Shown: positions 38,191 to 49,800 of the stretch, piece after piece
Layout of the letters: every line of letters begins with the position of its first letter
How positions within the stretch are numbered: the stretch's first letter is position 1
Source of the DNA: Sarea resinae
Lineage: Eukaryota
NCBI GenBank assembly: GCA_026026165.1
Contig: JAPEUD010000013.1
Coordinates: forward strand, 310,001-374,000
DNA length: 64,000 nt
Direction: 5' to 3'
Program-made: the position numbers and the translations under genes
The notes under the pieces: generated by a model
What the model saw: only the letters and a program-made list of their open reading frames with translations
What the model was told of the DNA's origin: nothing
The model's database searches: none

Positions 38191-41100
38191 CTAGTTGGCA
38201 GACGCATCACGGACTAGACGCGCACCGCACCAGGCATAGGGGTAGTTGCGCTGGTACCAATTCAAGCTGGGCGTGTTCATGTGGGGTTAGTGTCATCGTC
38301 ATTATCTTGGTACAAGGCAACAGGAAAACGTGGAATCGGACTCACAAACTCTTCCGGCCGGCCAGCCTAGGCAATGTGCTCCAGCTCCCCCCCAGCACGA
38401 TATTGTGCTTCTCGTCGAAGAAATCCGCCGTGTAGCCCGGATACAGCTTCATTGCCTCGAAGCCGGCGTGAGGTCGCAGGGGCGTCGACGTCCACTCCCA
38501 GACGCCGCCGATCGAGGACCGCCCTGCGAGTGAGGAGGCGCGCGGGGTCACGGGCAGGGGGTGCCAGTGGGCGAAGGGGGCCGAGGAGGGGGGAAGACGA
38601 GTGAAGTAGGTGGATGGGGAGAGGGAGTTGGATGGGGGCGAAATTTGAACGCCGTTATTGGAGAGGTGACTATGGTGGTTGGACGTATTAGCTGGGATCC
38701 AGATACTCCTTTTTTTTCTCTGCTTATGCCCATACCCCCGGCCCGCACGAGACAGATAGGAAAACATACCCATTGACAGCGGCAATCATCTCGGCAGACA
38801 CCTTCTCCGCTTTGAATTCCTTTGCTTGATCCACGTAACGATATATACTCTCGACCTCCTCCATCGTTGGGATCCTCCCACCCATCCATTTCGCACATTT
38901 GGCTAGCTCGTCGTACGAGGCCATGACGGGCCACGAGAGTGCTTGCGCGAGCGGGACGCGGCCCCAGACGGTCTTGACAAACTTGTCTTTCAGAGAGACA
39001 GACGTCACGCTAGTGGCGGATCCATTGATACCGTTCTTCTTTTCGGCTCCGTTCGTCTCCCGGATGGCCGAGGATTTGGTCTCGGACCATGAGGCCGGGA
39101 TGTCCGAGTTGTGCGTCTGTTCTAGGTACGTAGCGTATTCTTCGTTGGTGATCGGAATCCCTCGCGCCACGAACGACGGCACGTGAATCTCACGAGGTGG
39201 TTTTTCATTGTCAAAACCATAATACCTCTCCGGGCCATCCGGGGTCTCGGGATCATCAAGACCGATGGTAAAGTTACTTTGCGGAATGGTGAACCATTTA
39301 TTGGGAACGGCGTTGGCTTTCGCATGGCGGGCCATGGCTTCGAAGTCGGGCCTGATTCCCGGTGGCGGAAGCGTCTTGTCGCTCTGGAGAAGCATGTAGA
39401 GCAGGGTCTCCAGGTGCATGGCCTCATGCTCGTAGCCAAGCCACAGCGCACGTCCGATGGTTTTGTCCGTCTTGGCGGCGTTGGATTCGTAGAAAGCCTT
39501 CACTCTGCTGCGGACACGGTCTTGGTACTCGAGAATCTCCTCCACCGGCGGATAGGAGTCTGGGATCGCACTGTGAGAGTGGCAGTGCTCGGGGTTGTCG
39601 ACGTCCGGGTCGATACCTCGTTCGAAGATCTGAGAGTAGTATGATGGGGAAGTGGGCTTTCCGTGACTTGCACGGGTTAAATGAATGTCGAGGAACGTGG
39701 GGATGTGCCCGAGATAGAAGACACATGCATTTCGTAATTTAATTGGCTTAGAAAGCAATTCTTCCTCTGGAAGCATACGTCGAGTAACCGTATCCCATAC
39801 TGCCCAGAGACCCTCCCAATCCGACAATTGGGGAACCGCGGTAGCGGCATATTCCTCCGGTCGCAACGAAAATGAGAAAGACGGCTTGGAAAGCATGTGA
39901 ACAGCTGTGAGTTGTTACGTTAGTATCTGATTTATGGAGCTGTTCTGATACCGGTCGAGTACGGCTTTGAATAACGCCTGATGTAGAGGATCAGCAGCAG
40001 TGAATACTCACAGTAATCCCCCGTTCCGTTCGACCAAAAGGCGGACTCAATAACCCCAGCATCCTCGAACAACTGATCCTTGTTGCTTGCCGAGTACTTA
40101 TAACTCTCTTCCACTCGGATCTTCTCGCCAGCCTTGAATGAAAACCCGTCAAAAGAGACGTCCTTGCGTGGCGAATAGAATGCCTGGTGCCGCTGTTCAG
40201 CTTCATCGTAGTTGCCAATCACCTCCCAGTCGTCAAGCTTGAAAGCTTCTTTGCCAAGCAATCGATTGGCATGCACTAAGCCGTTAAGGATGAATTCATG
40301 AGTCTTGCCCTCGCGGTCATTGTAAGCGTGTTGGACTTTTGATCCGTCCGTGCAAGCGTCCAAGCCCAGAAGAATCGAGTCTCCCTCTTTCAAAACCTGG
40401 GCAAACCCACAAAGGAACTTGGCTGCTTCATCTCGAGGGAAATTCCCGATGCTAGATCCCAGCGAGAGGATGGACTTCGGGCGGTTCACATTCTCCGGCT
40501 TCTTCAGCCATTCCAGTCCGTCTTCATAGGTGCCGAGAAGACCAAAGCATTTTACGTGTTTGTACGTACGAGGCACCTTGGCCAGCGTACGTTTCAATTC
40601 GGAGAGCGAGAGGTCGAGAGCGAAATAATCGACTGCTTTTCCTCGTTGTTCAAGAGCTTTCAGCAAGACATTGACTTTGCGAAGATTACTAGATTTGTAT
40701 CATTAGTCATGTGTTATTTCCGTAGAGTACATGAATGCTGTTGTCGCCATGTGCTTGGCCCATCCAAGCAGGGTATGAGAGGAGCCGGATAGGCAGATTC
40801 ATACCCACTGCCCAATTCGATCAAGAAAGACCCGGACTGAATCCGATCCGCCATCCTTCCCGCATACATCTCGAGCACTTCAATCTCCGCATTCGTCAAG
40901 TAGTATTCTTCCAGATACGTGATGTCCTCGAACAGCTTCAGACCAGCTTCGTCATACAACAAGAGCGTGGGCAGTGTCTTCTGCCCACCCTCGACCGGAC
41001 GGAGCTTTCCAAACATGTCGTCGAGGATGGAGTAATCGATCTCATTGCGACGGATGTCGATGATAGAGGCCGAATTGTCGGAGTGGTCGTTGACGAGAAC

Positions 41101-41199
41101 ATCGCCGTTTGACGGCTCCTCGTGGTGCGAATAAGACGAATCTCGAGGGCCATGGGCGAGGCCACGGCCGTTGCTGTGTGTCAATGTTTCAATCGCCAT
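38191..41199 (-). CDS. egt1: Ergothioneine biosynthesis protein 1 (EgtD methyltransferase + DinB-like + FGE-sulfatase sulfoxide synthase), 5 exons
   Basis: LPTLLLYDEAGLKLFEDITYLEEYYLTNAE, ELGSG|NLRKV, LGSSIGNF, FYLGHIPTF, EHEAMHLETLLYML, GGVWEWT, GGSW and NWYQRNYPYAWCGARLVRD. Introns 40804-40689, 40011-39905, 38769-38670 and 38345-38267. Stop TAG at 38191-38193. Confidence 0.97.
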
Positions 41200-42830
41200 G
41201 TCGAGATTGATTAGGTGGTAGTGATCTGAGACTGTACTGCACTGCACTGTAAGCTTCTTATGCTCTGGATTCTGCAGAAGATATATATTTGGTGAGATTG
41301 AGATGGAGGTGAAGGTTTAATTGTGCAAGATTTGAATGGATCTGTTTGTAGCTTGGAGGCAGCGGACGAGATCACAATTGAGCCGTCGCTAAGCGTCTAC
41401 AGGAAATAGTAGTAGTAATGGTGATGGTATTGAGTGATGATGACCCGGTCAGCAATGAAAAGAAAGCATCGAATGAGAGGGGAGATCCTGACTTCATGGG
41501 CAAGATCATGACGATACGTCGAAGCGTCAATGCGTCAATGCGTCACCTGCAATGCCTGTACTCTATGCATCAATCAATGCATCAAATGCTCCGTCACCCG
41601 TACCTGGTGTGGGGTGGTGTGGTGGGGTGTGGTGTCGGTGGGATGCGTGGTGTGGTACCTGGACAGCAGGATCAAGAGGATCAAGAGGGTCAAGCCGATT
41701 CAGAGGATCAGGAGGTTCAAGATGCTTCACCGGACGCGTGCCGTGTCCGTGTCGGCAGTTCCAGTTCCACGGACGTGACACTCAGGCACTTCGAGGCCCG
41801 AGGGCCCTTCCACCCTTTCACCCATCCGCCCTCGTTGCGTAAGAGCTACGGATTCCCGTTAGTGCTGAGATCATGGCGCGAGGGGCTGGAGGAGTTTAAG
41901 GTTAGCGGCGGAACGCCCCTCCCTCCTCCTTGTGCGCCCCGCTGACGGAGGCTGCCTGAGGCGGCGCGGGGAAGAGGAAGAGGAGCGGAACGGCAGGGTG
42001 ATCTAGGCAAGGAGAACGATCAAAGGGGTTTGGTCCCGTCAAGTGTCGGGCATGGACCACGACACTCTGACGTGAACTCTCTTCTCCCCTCGTTCCTCGG
42101 CATTCCTTTGGTCATCTTGCTTGATTATCACTCGCATGCGCGAGTCCGTCGAAGTTGTTGACTCAGCCACCTCAGTAAGCTTGAAGGAGAGACTGCATGA
42201 CAAATCACGTAGTGCTGTCTCCGGCTACTTTGAACCCCTAATCAGATAGCCCATACCAACACCTTTCAAACAGCTTTGTCCACCCCAGCAGCGATGATGC
42301 ACGATGCCAACCATCTTACTGCTTATCTCATACTACGATTGACTATGTTCTCTCAAACTCACATCTGTCTCAGTTGGAAGAATGAAAATAAATAACCAGG
42401 AAACAGCCTAACCTTCAGAATGTTTGAGAAGTTGCTCATTGTTCAAGCTCGAAACTCCTTGTTTTGTGATCACGCACCAGGTTTCCTTTGTCCTTATCTC
42501 CGACGATGAACTTGCATTGTGTCATGCTCCATCACAAAACAAAACGCGAGGGCGATTGTCGAATAATGTATTCGGGGTTTTCTGTAGACACTACGTCTCT
42601 CCCGCTGTTCACCTCCTGTTCACGACCCCTTCAACTCAAGTCTATATAGCCACACGCGCCTTTCTCAACGAGAATGACTCTCCTACAATCTTCTTCCCTC
42701 AACTTCGTAGTAGAGACAAGCCGAGTATATCCAGAATTTTCAGCTTTCAATTCTCCTTTCTGATTCTTTCGAACATTTTCTGCTCTTCTTTACCCATCCT
42801 CTAAAATCCAAGAACGTTCTGCGGTACAAC

Positions 42831-43934
42831 ATGGCCGACAACCTAACAGCCACACAGACCGAGAACGCGACGAGCAGGGTTCTCATCCCATTTCCCTCCA
42901 AGCCACTACCATTGACCCCCAAAGCGCAAGAAGACAAGGACACCAACGTAGCCGTGATCGTCCCAGCATCGCGCTTCCTAACCCCACCCCCACAGGTTCA
43001 TGTCCCGACCAAAGCGAACCTGATGCAGGCACAGACTGACCCCGCACAGCAAACAACAGTGCCAGGAATCTTGCTAACAGACACATCAGACTCGGACTCG
43101 AGTTCGGACATCGGCTCAAACGCCTCGACGCTCGTCCAAGCCAGCAACGACAAGACCCACGCCAATGGCGACACCAGCTCCGACGTCCGCATACTCGTCC
43201 AGGAAACCATACACGAGCGCGACGTCCTGCGGACCGAGCTCACCTACGCCAACCAAACAATCACGCAGCTGAAGAGCATCATCGGGGAATACGAGCGGCT
43301 GACGACCCGCACGCAGGTCAGCATCACGGAAACGCTGCGGCCCCTGCTGCGGCCGACCACCACCACGACGCACAGCATCACGGCGAAGAAGCGCTGCGCG
43401 CGCAGCGCGAGCAACGACAAGAAAGCCGCGGCGCAAACCTGGCTCAAAGGCACCTGGCTCTCGGTGGCGAGCACGGACGTGGAGCTCGCCGGCGCCGAAG
43501 CGGCGTGGACGTCGAGCCCGAACCCGCAAGCGGCGCTGAACGCGCTCTCGACCCTGCTGACCGCGCCGCGCATCCCGCACCACGCGCGCGTCAACGCCAA
43601 GATCCTCTCGGCTGTCATCCTGTTGCAGTCGTCTCACTTGGCCAAGGCCCTGACGCAGATCGAAGAGGCGATCCCCATCGCGCACCGTTACGGCTTCTAC
43701 GACCTCGAGGGCAAGGCCCAATTTCATCGTGGTCTGTGCTATATGCATCTGGCGAAGTGGGCCGAAGCCAGCTGGTGCTTCGTGTTGGCGGCCAAGACGG
43801 AAGGCTATGAGGAGCTGGTCGAGATGAATCGTGGCATTTGTGATGCGGAGGTCGGGAAACTTGCGGCTGGCCATCCGGGCAAGGTTTTGGGACGGGAATT
43901 CAAGGAGCTTCCCAAGGGGTTTCTCGCGGCATAG
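42831..43934 (+). CDS. Hypothetical protein, 367 aa: disordered N-terminus, short coiled coil, C-terminal TPR-like helices
   Basis: Single long ORF with good start context (ACAACATGG), a GC3-rich core and a TATA-like element at about 42643. The segment GKAQFHRGLCYMHLAKWAEASWCF is TPR-like. Confidence 0.75.
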   Translation: MADNLTATQTENATSRVLIPFPSKPLPLTPKAQEDKDTNVAVIVPASRFLTPPPQVHVPTKANLMQAQTDPAQQTTVPGILLTDTSDSDSSSDIGSNASTLVQASNDKTHANGDTSSDVRILVQETIHERDVLRTELTYANQTITQLKSIIGEYERLTTRTQVSITETLRPLLRPTTTTTHSITAKKRCARSASNDKKAAAQTWLKGTWLSVASTDVELAGAEAAWTSSPNPQAALNALSTLLTAPRIPHHARVNAKILSAVILLQSSHLAKALTQIEEAIPIAHRYGFYDLEGKAQFHRGLCYMHLAKWAEASWCFVLAAKTEGYEELVEMNRGICDAEVGKLAAGHPGKVLGREFKELPKGFLAA

Positions 43935-45325
43935 GTACATTGGTGAGTTGCAGAGATGCGGGAAGGACTCGGGTGGGAGAAGTGCAAGGTAAGCGTTGAA
44001 TGGGACATCAGCTCATTGGCATTGGGAGCTTTGATCCTTTGATAAGCGTTTTGCGGGCGTTTGGGGCCGATCTTTCGTTTTCCCTTTCTCCTTTCTTGCT
44101 TTTTTTGGGCCTTTTGCGTTTAGCTGTCCGTCGAAGATATGAAGACGTTCGATTCCAGTCTATTCGAAAAGCCACGATACACACGGCTCTAGTTCGGCGA
44201 TATAGATGGATAGGCTAGCTAGTATCGACATAAAGGTTGACACACGGGCAAACATAGACCTAGAGTGGGTAAGGCGTGACCCCCTTGACGACCCCTTTAT
44301 CCATGAGATGAAGGTCCCCTATTCGGATGACCTTGCGAGGTTCTCAGTCTAGACGGACAACAGACAGACAGATATTCTCTTTTTATCATTCACAGAACCT
44401 CACTCACAAGAGCTCACACTCACACCCAGCCTCATAACCGAGGGTTCAAACAGTGAATGTCTGCCTCTGAGCCCCTTGACTTGTACAAACACGTCAAATC
44501 AAGAACACATTCAGTGAATATCCCCCCTTCACTTCAACATCACGCAAAACACCACATCTCAACTCTGTAACCGAGAACATCAGTGACTCCTCTGACACAA
44601 ACGGAGACCAAATTCGTTAAACGAAACACTTCTTGGCAAGAATCAAGATGAAGAAGATGAAGGCATTCACAGACTCTAACCGAGTGTGTTACCGCACACG
44701 AATATATCATCAGCCTCCGGGCCCTCCTCTTCTTTCTCTTCTTCTTTTGGTTCTTTGGTTTCGTCAGATCATTGACTGGAGTATCTAGCATCAGACTCTT
44801 TTGTCAACAGCTCTCAAGACTTCATAGGTATTCGATCTTCGGGTCCATCATCGCCTTCTTTAAGTTGCCTTCTTATCCCATTAGCGGTATCACCTTAGCC
44901 TCGTCCTCCTAGCAGGACACAAAAGACGAAAAGATATCCCAGTCATCATTCTCATTTCCATCCATCTCGCCAGTTCTTTTCTCAATCGTGAATCTCTCAT
45001 ATCCTCTCGACTCGACCGCAAGCTGTGGCCATACAGCTTAAGGGTCGTAGTCTTCTCTCGTCGAGTATCTAGACTCGTTCGCAAGTTGATCCCATCAGCT
45101 TAAGGAGCGTTGTCGCCAGGTGGAGCGTGCGTTGAGTTGTGTTGTTTCGAACTCGAACTCGTGGTTAGTGTTCTGAACGAAGAAGTTAGTAGGGCAGAAG
45201 ATCTGTGTGAGTCTCCCTTGATTCCCAAGGCCTTCAGACTCATCTGAGCCTGTAATCGACTATGAGTCCACGTAACTAAAGGGATTGGCAGCGAAAGGCT
45301 CTGAAAGCAAAATCCATTTCAAGGC

Positions 45326-46801
45326 ATGACATCAGCGATGGATAATAAGACCTTAGCCAAGAATAAATTCTACAGGTGGGAAGACACGGCGGCACTGGGT
45401 ATGTTCGGCTCCAGCTCTCCAATAGATATGTGAAGCTGACTTGGCAGACCACAAATGTGGTACCTGTAAGACTGTTTTGTCCAGCCCCAGGGCGAAAAAG
45501 ACATGCCTCGGACAGCACGAAGAAGTGTGTTCGAAGTACCATAAAACCTTGTTCTTTCTCGGTAAGTAAATTCCTGGCTTGAGAGCTGAGCTTCCTTCTT
45601 TATGAAGCACCTAATTGTTCATCTTCGTTTGGCTGTTTGCCTTCTCTTCTCCGGTTCTTTGTTTCTCTCCCGTGGAGGCTGTTGTTCAATCCGGTCATTG
45701 GTTATTACGGTCTCATCATTTATATTGACTCCACAAGCACTCCTCTCTCCCGTCCATAATCTTTCTCAACATTTGCTGTTCAATCCCATGCTCTTATCTG
45801 ATCATCATTTACTTCCAATCATTTTGGCTTCCATTGAGTCTTTGTCTTTCCCACGAGCCAAACAATCCTGGCAAATGGTGATGGTAAACTCTTGCTAACT
45901 TACTTTCGTCCCTAGGCGAGGCGCATAAATGTGACGCGTAAGTGGTTCAAACCGTCTCGTGCCCATGCAACTCGCTGAACTTTTATAGCTGTCGGAAATC
46001 GGCCGAACTTCATGATAAAAGACACAGAGAAATAACGGATCTCATCGCGGAAGTGCACAAATTGGACGAGGAGGAAGAAGAGAGTTTCGTTGGCACATCC
46101 AGAAAGAAGGGCAAGGGCAAGGCGAGAGCAATGCCGTTTCGTCCGGAGCAAGTGGCCGATGCCGGGGCCGAAGCCGATGACGCCGCTCCCGATGCAGGTG
46201 ATGCAGAAGGTGAAGAACAAGATCAAGAAGTGAATGCCCCCGCTGGACCTGCTGGTATAAGAGCCTCGAAAAGTTCCAAAGTCAAGAAACTTTCCAAAAA
46301 GGAAAAGAAAGCAGCCAAAAATCTGGCCAAGGCCAAAGGCCGGCCTAAGGTCATCACAGGGCTAGACGTCGACCACGTGGGCAAGATGATCCATTTCGGT
46401 AAGCTTACAATACTCATCCACAATTCTCTTCAGCTATCTCGAGGTATGGCACTGACTGTTGCACCCTCGTTATAGATGACCATCCCGCCGAACAACAAGT
46501 TGGTGCTGGGCAAGCCAACTTGGATTCCGTGGAGGCCATACTGGCAAGGCTGGGCGTCCAGCAATCATCCAGCGGCTCGAAGCAAAGAAAGGGCCTTGCC
46601 GAAAAGCTGTCTCAAGCGATCCGGGGCGACCTCGACGTCGTCGACAACGAAAATCGCGAGACGATGATGCGCATGGCTGGCTACTGGCGGTATGTCAATA
46701 AGAAGACATACAACCATATGGTGGAAAACAACACCATATGGGATTGGCATACCGGGGCGCGGCTAGCTCGAGTGGAGGAGGAGGAAGATGCAGAGGAGTG
46801 A
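45326..46801 (+). CDS. Hypothetical protein, 5 exons, with N-terminal Cys/His finger, charged middle and RMAGYWRYVN...WDW C-terminal block
   Basis: Exons 45326-45398, 45448-45561, 45916-45937, 45989-46398 and 46476-46801 join in frame. Donors are GTATGT, GTAAGT, GTAAGT and GTAAGC, each with a branch-like motif and a YAG acceptor. Confidence 0.78.
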
Positions 46802-49800
46802 AGGGTGGGGGGGAGGGGAGGGGGGTGGGTTGGGGTTCGGAGCGCAGGGGGAGAGAGGGCCGGGGCATCAGTGATTCCAGAAGACTTCCTAGACATGGCT
46901 GGAGATTCTTCGGAGCCGAAAGTTTGATGGTTCGTCGGAAGGTTATCATGGAAGGAGTTGGTCTTTGGGAGCGGAGTTAGGTTTTCCTTTTTCATCTGTA
47001 TCCGATAACACGACCAGTCTTTCAGGAAGCGAAGGCGATGGGCCGCATCACTGAACATCACGAATGGATGACAATAATCATGTTCCTGGATCGAAAGTCC
47101 CGAAGGAGCTGGTCGGACGTCTGAGGTGGACAGAAAGGGTTGAGTGGGGAATTCAAATCGAGTCTCTTCTCCGATGCACAGAAGTTGAATGCATGCACGT
47201 CCAGACTGCGAACGATGGTGCTTCGAGGGCGGCATCTTCCCTGGCTGTTATCAGGTGAGTTCGTCGAGGAAAAGAGGAGCTCTTTCTGCATGAGCTTTGT
47301 TGATGTGCTATGCAGGCTAGGTATCTCTGGGCCATGCAGGCCGCGACCTCGTTCATCGATAATCATCGCCAAGCCATCCGTGGATGGACGTGCAAGAAGC
47401 TTGATGGAATTAGTCTAGAGTAGGTGTCCGAGAAGATCACAGAGCGATGGATGATGGGTCCGAGGTGCAGGCCTGATGCTTGAGGTCTGAACCGATACCC
47501 TGGATGGAAGAACGCCAAAGCTACTAGGCAGTCAGCAGCTGTAAGGGCCATCGTCGATGATGCAGCTGTGGGGCTAGTGCAAAGAGGCGCGCGCTCGATG
47601 CCGGCAGAACTGCGGGCGACGGCGTCGAGGAGCAGCCAAGAAAGACGGAGGAAGAGTTGAAACAAGCGATGCCGGAGGATAATCTCCCAAGATGAACAGC
47701 AGTCGAGAGGAGAGGAGAGGAGCGTCCGCCGTGCTCCAGTAGGAGGGGCGTACCGTACGGAGGAGTACGGTGATGCTGTGGCTCCGTGACTGCTCCAGGA
47801 GAGTGATCGACTCTGTACTGACTGTACTGTACTGTACTATGGAGCTGGAGTCAGAGTACTGTGCTGTACGGTACAGCAGTACCCGGAGGGCCGGAGGGGA
47901 CGAGTCGGGAGCCAAATGATGTGAAAGAGGTGGGAACACGTACTTCAGTACCCATTCAGGTCAGCGTGCGATGATGTGCTCTGCAGCTACGACGGACAGG
48001 GTGAGGAGGTTGCCCGTTCTGGAAGTATCGCCGCGCGTGTCCTGTCTGTCCAGTCTGTCCAGAGTGTCCAGAGTCTGTTCAGCGTCAACTGCGCGAGCGG
48101 TCGGCAACGTCCAGTGCCCGGTCCGTGTGCATGGATCACCGATCTCGTCAGCCTTGGGACAGAGATTCGGGGACATCCGCAGCTCTAGCTCGTCGACTCG
48201 AAATGTCAGACAAAAACTAAGGCAGCGAGGCTGGAATGGGGCCAAGTTAGAACGGCAGTGCATATGTACGGAGCACGCTTGAACGCGTTAACGCTTGGAT
48301 GGAACCACCGGGGAGGGTAGAAGCGGTGGTGATGATCGACATCGCTTGATGCTGGATCCTCTACGATGGAGTACGAGTGTTCGTACTTCGTACAATAATA
48401 CAATATTAATGCCCTGTCTCTCGATCATCATGCAAAGTGCATCCCCGAGTCCGTCGTACCTTAGGCGCCCCTGACTCGGGGAAAGAGACAAGCCCGCGAA
48501 GGATCATGGCAGTGGAGGGAGTCAGGAATCTGGCACCAGGAATCTGGAATGGGCACGGAACGCAGTATGGGGTATGGCTTGCCCATTAGAGGTCATGAGT
48601 CATTGACTTAATAGCTTGGAGATCTGCGGACATTCATCTGAGCCATTCGAAATGATACGGTGATGATTATGTCACGATTGCCAATCCATGGTCTGCCGTG
48701 ATAGGGGTCGAGGTGGTGTTTGATGGCCCTCTCGATGGTGGAAATCCACCTTACTATCGTTCAATCGTGAGCGTGTGAGAACGCTGGTTTAGACTTTGCG
48801 CAAAGACATGGTTTGTGTGCCACCCCCCCGACCCGCCATGTGCCACCCACTTCGACAAACGCTCCGCCCCCTGCCCCCCACTCCCTGCCTGCTGCAGCCG
48901 CCAGAGAGCCCGAGAGCGGGCCCCATCGGCCCTTAGGAAGATCATACCGGAGGCGTTCAAGGATGTATCCTCGAGTACGACACCTCCAGTAGCCCTCGTA
49001 CGGGAGTGGAGGAAAAGCCATGCGTCGACGTTGGGAACTTGCGGGGCAATTCCACCTATCAATGGGGCGCAACCCGTCTGGCGGCCAACCGGGCAGGGGA
49101 GGCTCCGGGGGCATCGTCCACCAGTCTGCTCGCAGCGTCTGTTTGTGCGTTCGCTCGCCCTCCAATCGACAACCGCATCCATGCACGAAGAAGGACGGAT
49201 CCATACTGTACTGCACTCTCAAGGTCAGGTACTGGAGTACCGTATTGGTGTTGATGTAAGATGGATAGGAAATGCGGTGCACAGAGGAACTGCAGCACTA
49301 TTACGCAGTATCGACGGATCCCACTTCTCTACTGCAGTAGAGTAGAGTAGGTAGACTACACTATGGAGACGAGACTTTCATCGCTCTCTACCTCCTCGCA
49401 CTGCCCACGCCACACTCGACGGCACATGTTGGCCATCTCTTGCTTGACCCCGGCAAATCGACGGATTTGGTGCTCGGAGTACTCCGCGTTACTCCTGATA
49501 TCCACGTAAGACGAGGAGACGGAGACGGAGACTGTAGATCAGGCGGCAGTCATGGCCCGGCAATGATATCGATTGGAGGTCCGATCATACATGGCCGGAG
49601 AGGAGTACTCGACCGAGTACTGTACCTTGGAAGTAGAGTAGCTCGAGATTCGACACTGTGGGTGTGCGAAGGGACTAGCACCGTCCTCCAGTATGCACGC
49701 CAAGGTGCCACATGTTTTGAGAGGTCCTGAACGGTCAAGGGCTGAGGGAATTTTAGCAGCCCGGCCTGCACTAGAGCTCAGGTTCTTCCACTCCTCCGCA

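Noticed and set aside
38191..41199. Ergothioneine or secondary-metabolite gene cluster
   Set aside because: No egt2-like C-S lyase, PKS, NRPS, terpene synthase or tailoring genes nearby.
44140..44460. tRNA-like fragments (GTTCGATTCC at 44147, GAGTGGGTAAGGCG at about 44263, GGTTCAAAC at about 44442)
   Set aside because: No paired T-stem or cloverleaf, and the spacing is wrong.
45351..45430. In-frame TAG codons (CCT TAG CCA; CAA TAG ATA) suggesting A-to-I-edited premature stops or a 27-nt intron
   Set aside because: A normal 49-nt intron (45399-45447, GTATGT...GCTGAC...CAG) and ATG 45326 in another frame explain the gene without editing.
45562..45915. Long 354-nt intron as a snoRNA host
   Set aside because: No convincing RTGATGA/CTGA pair with a terminal stem and no H/ACA layout.
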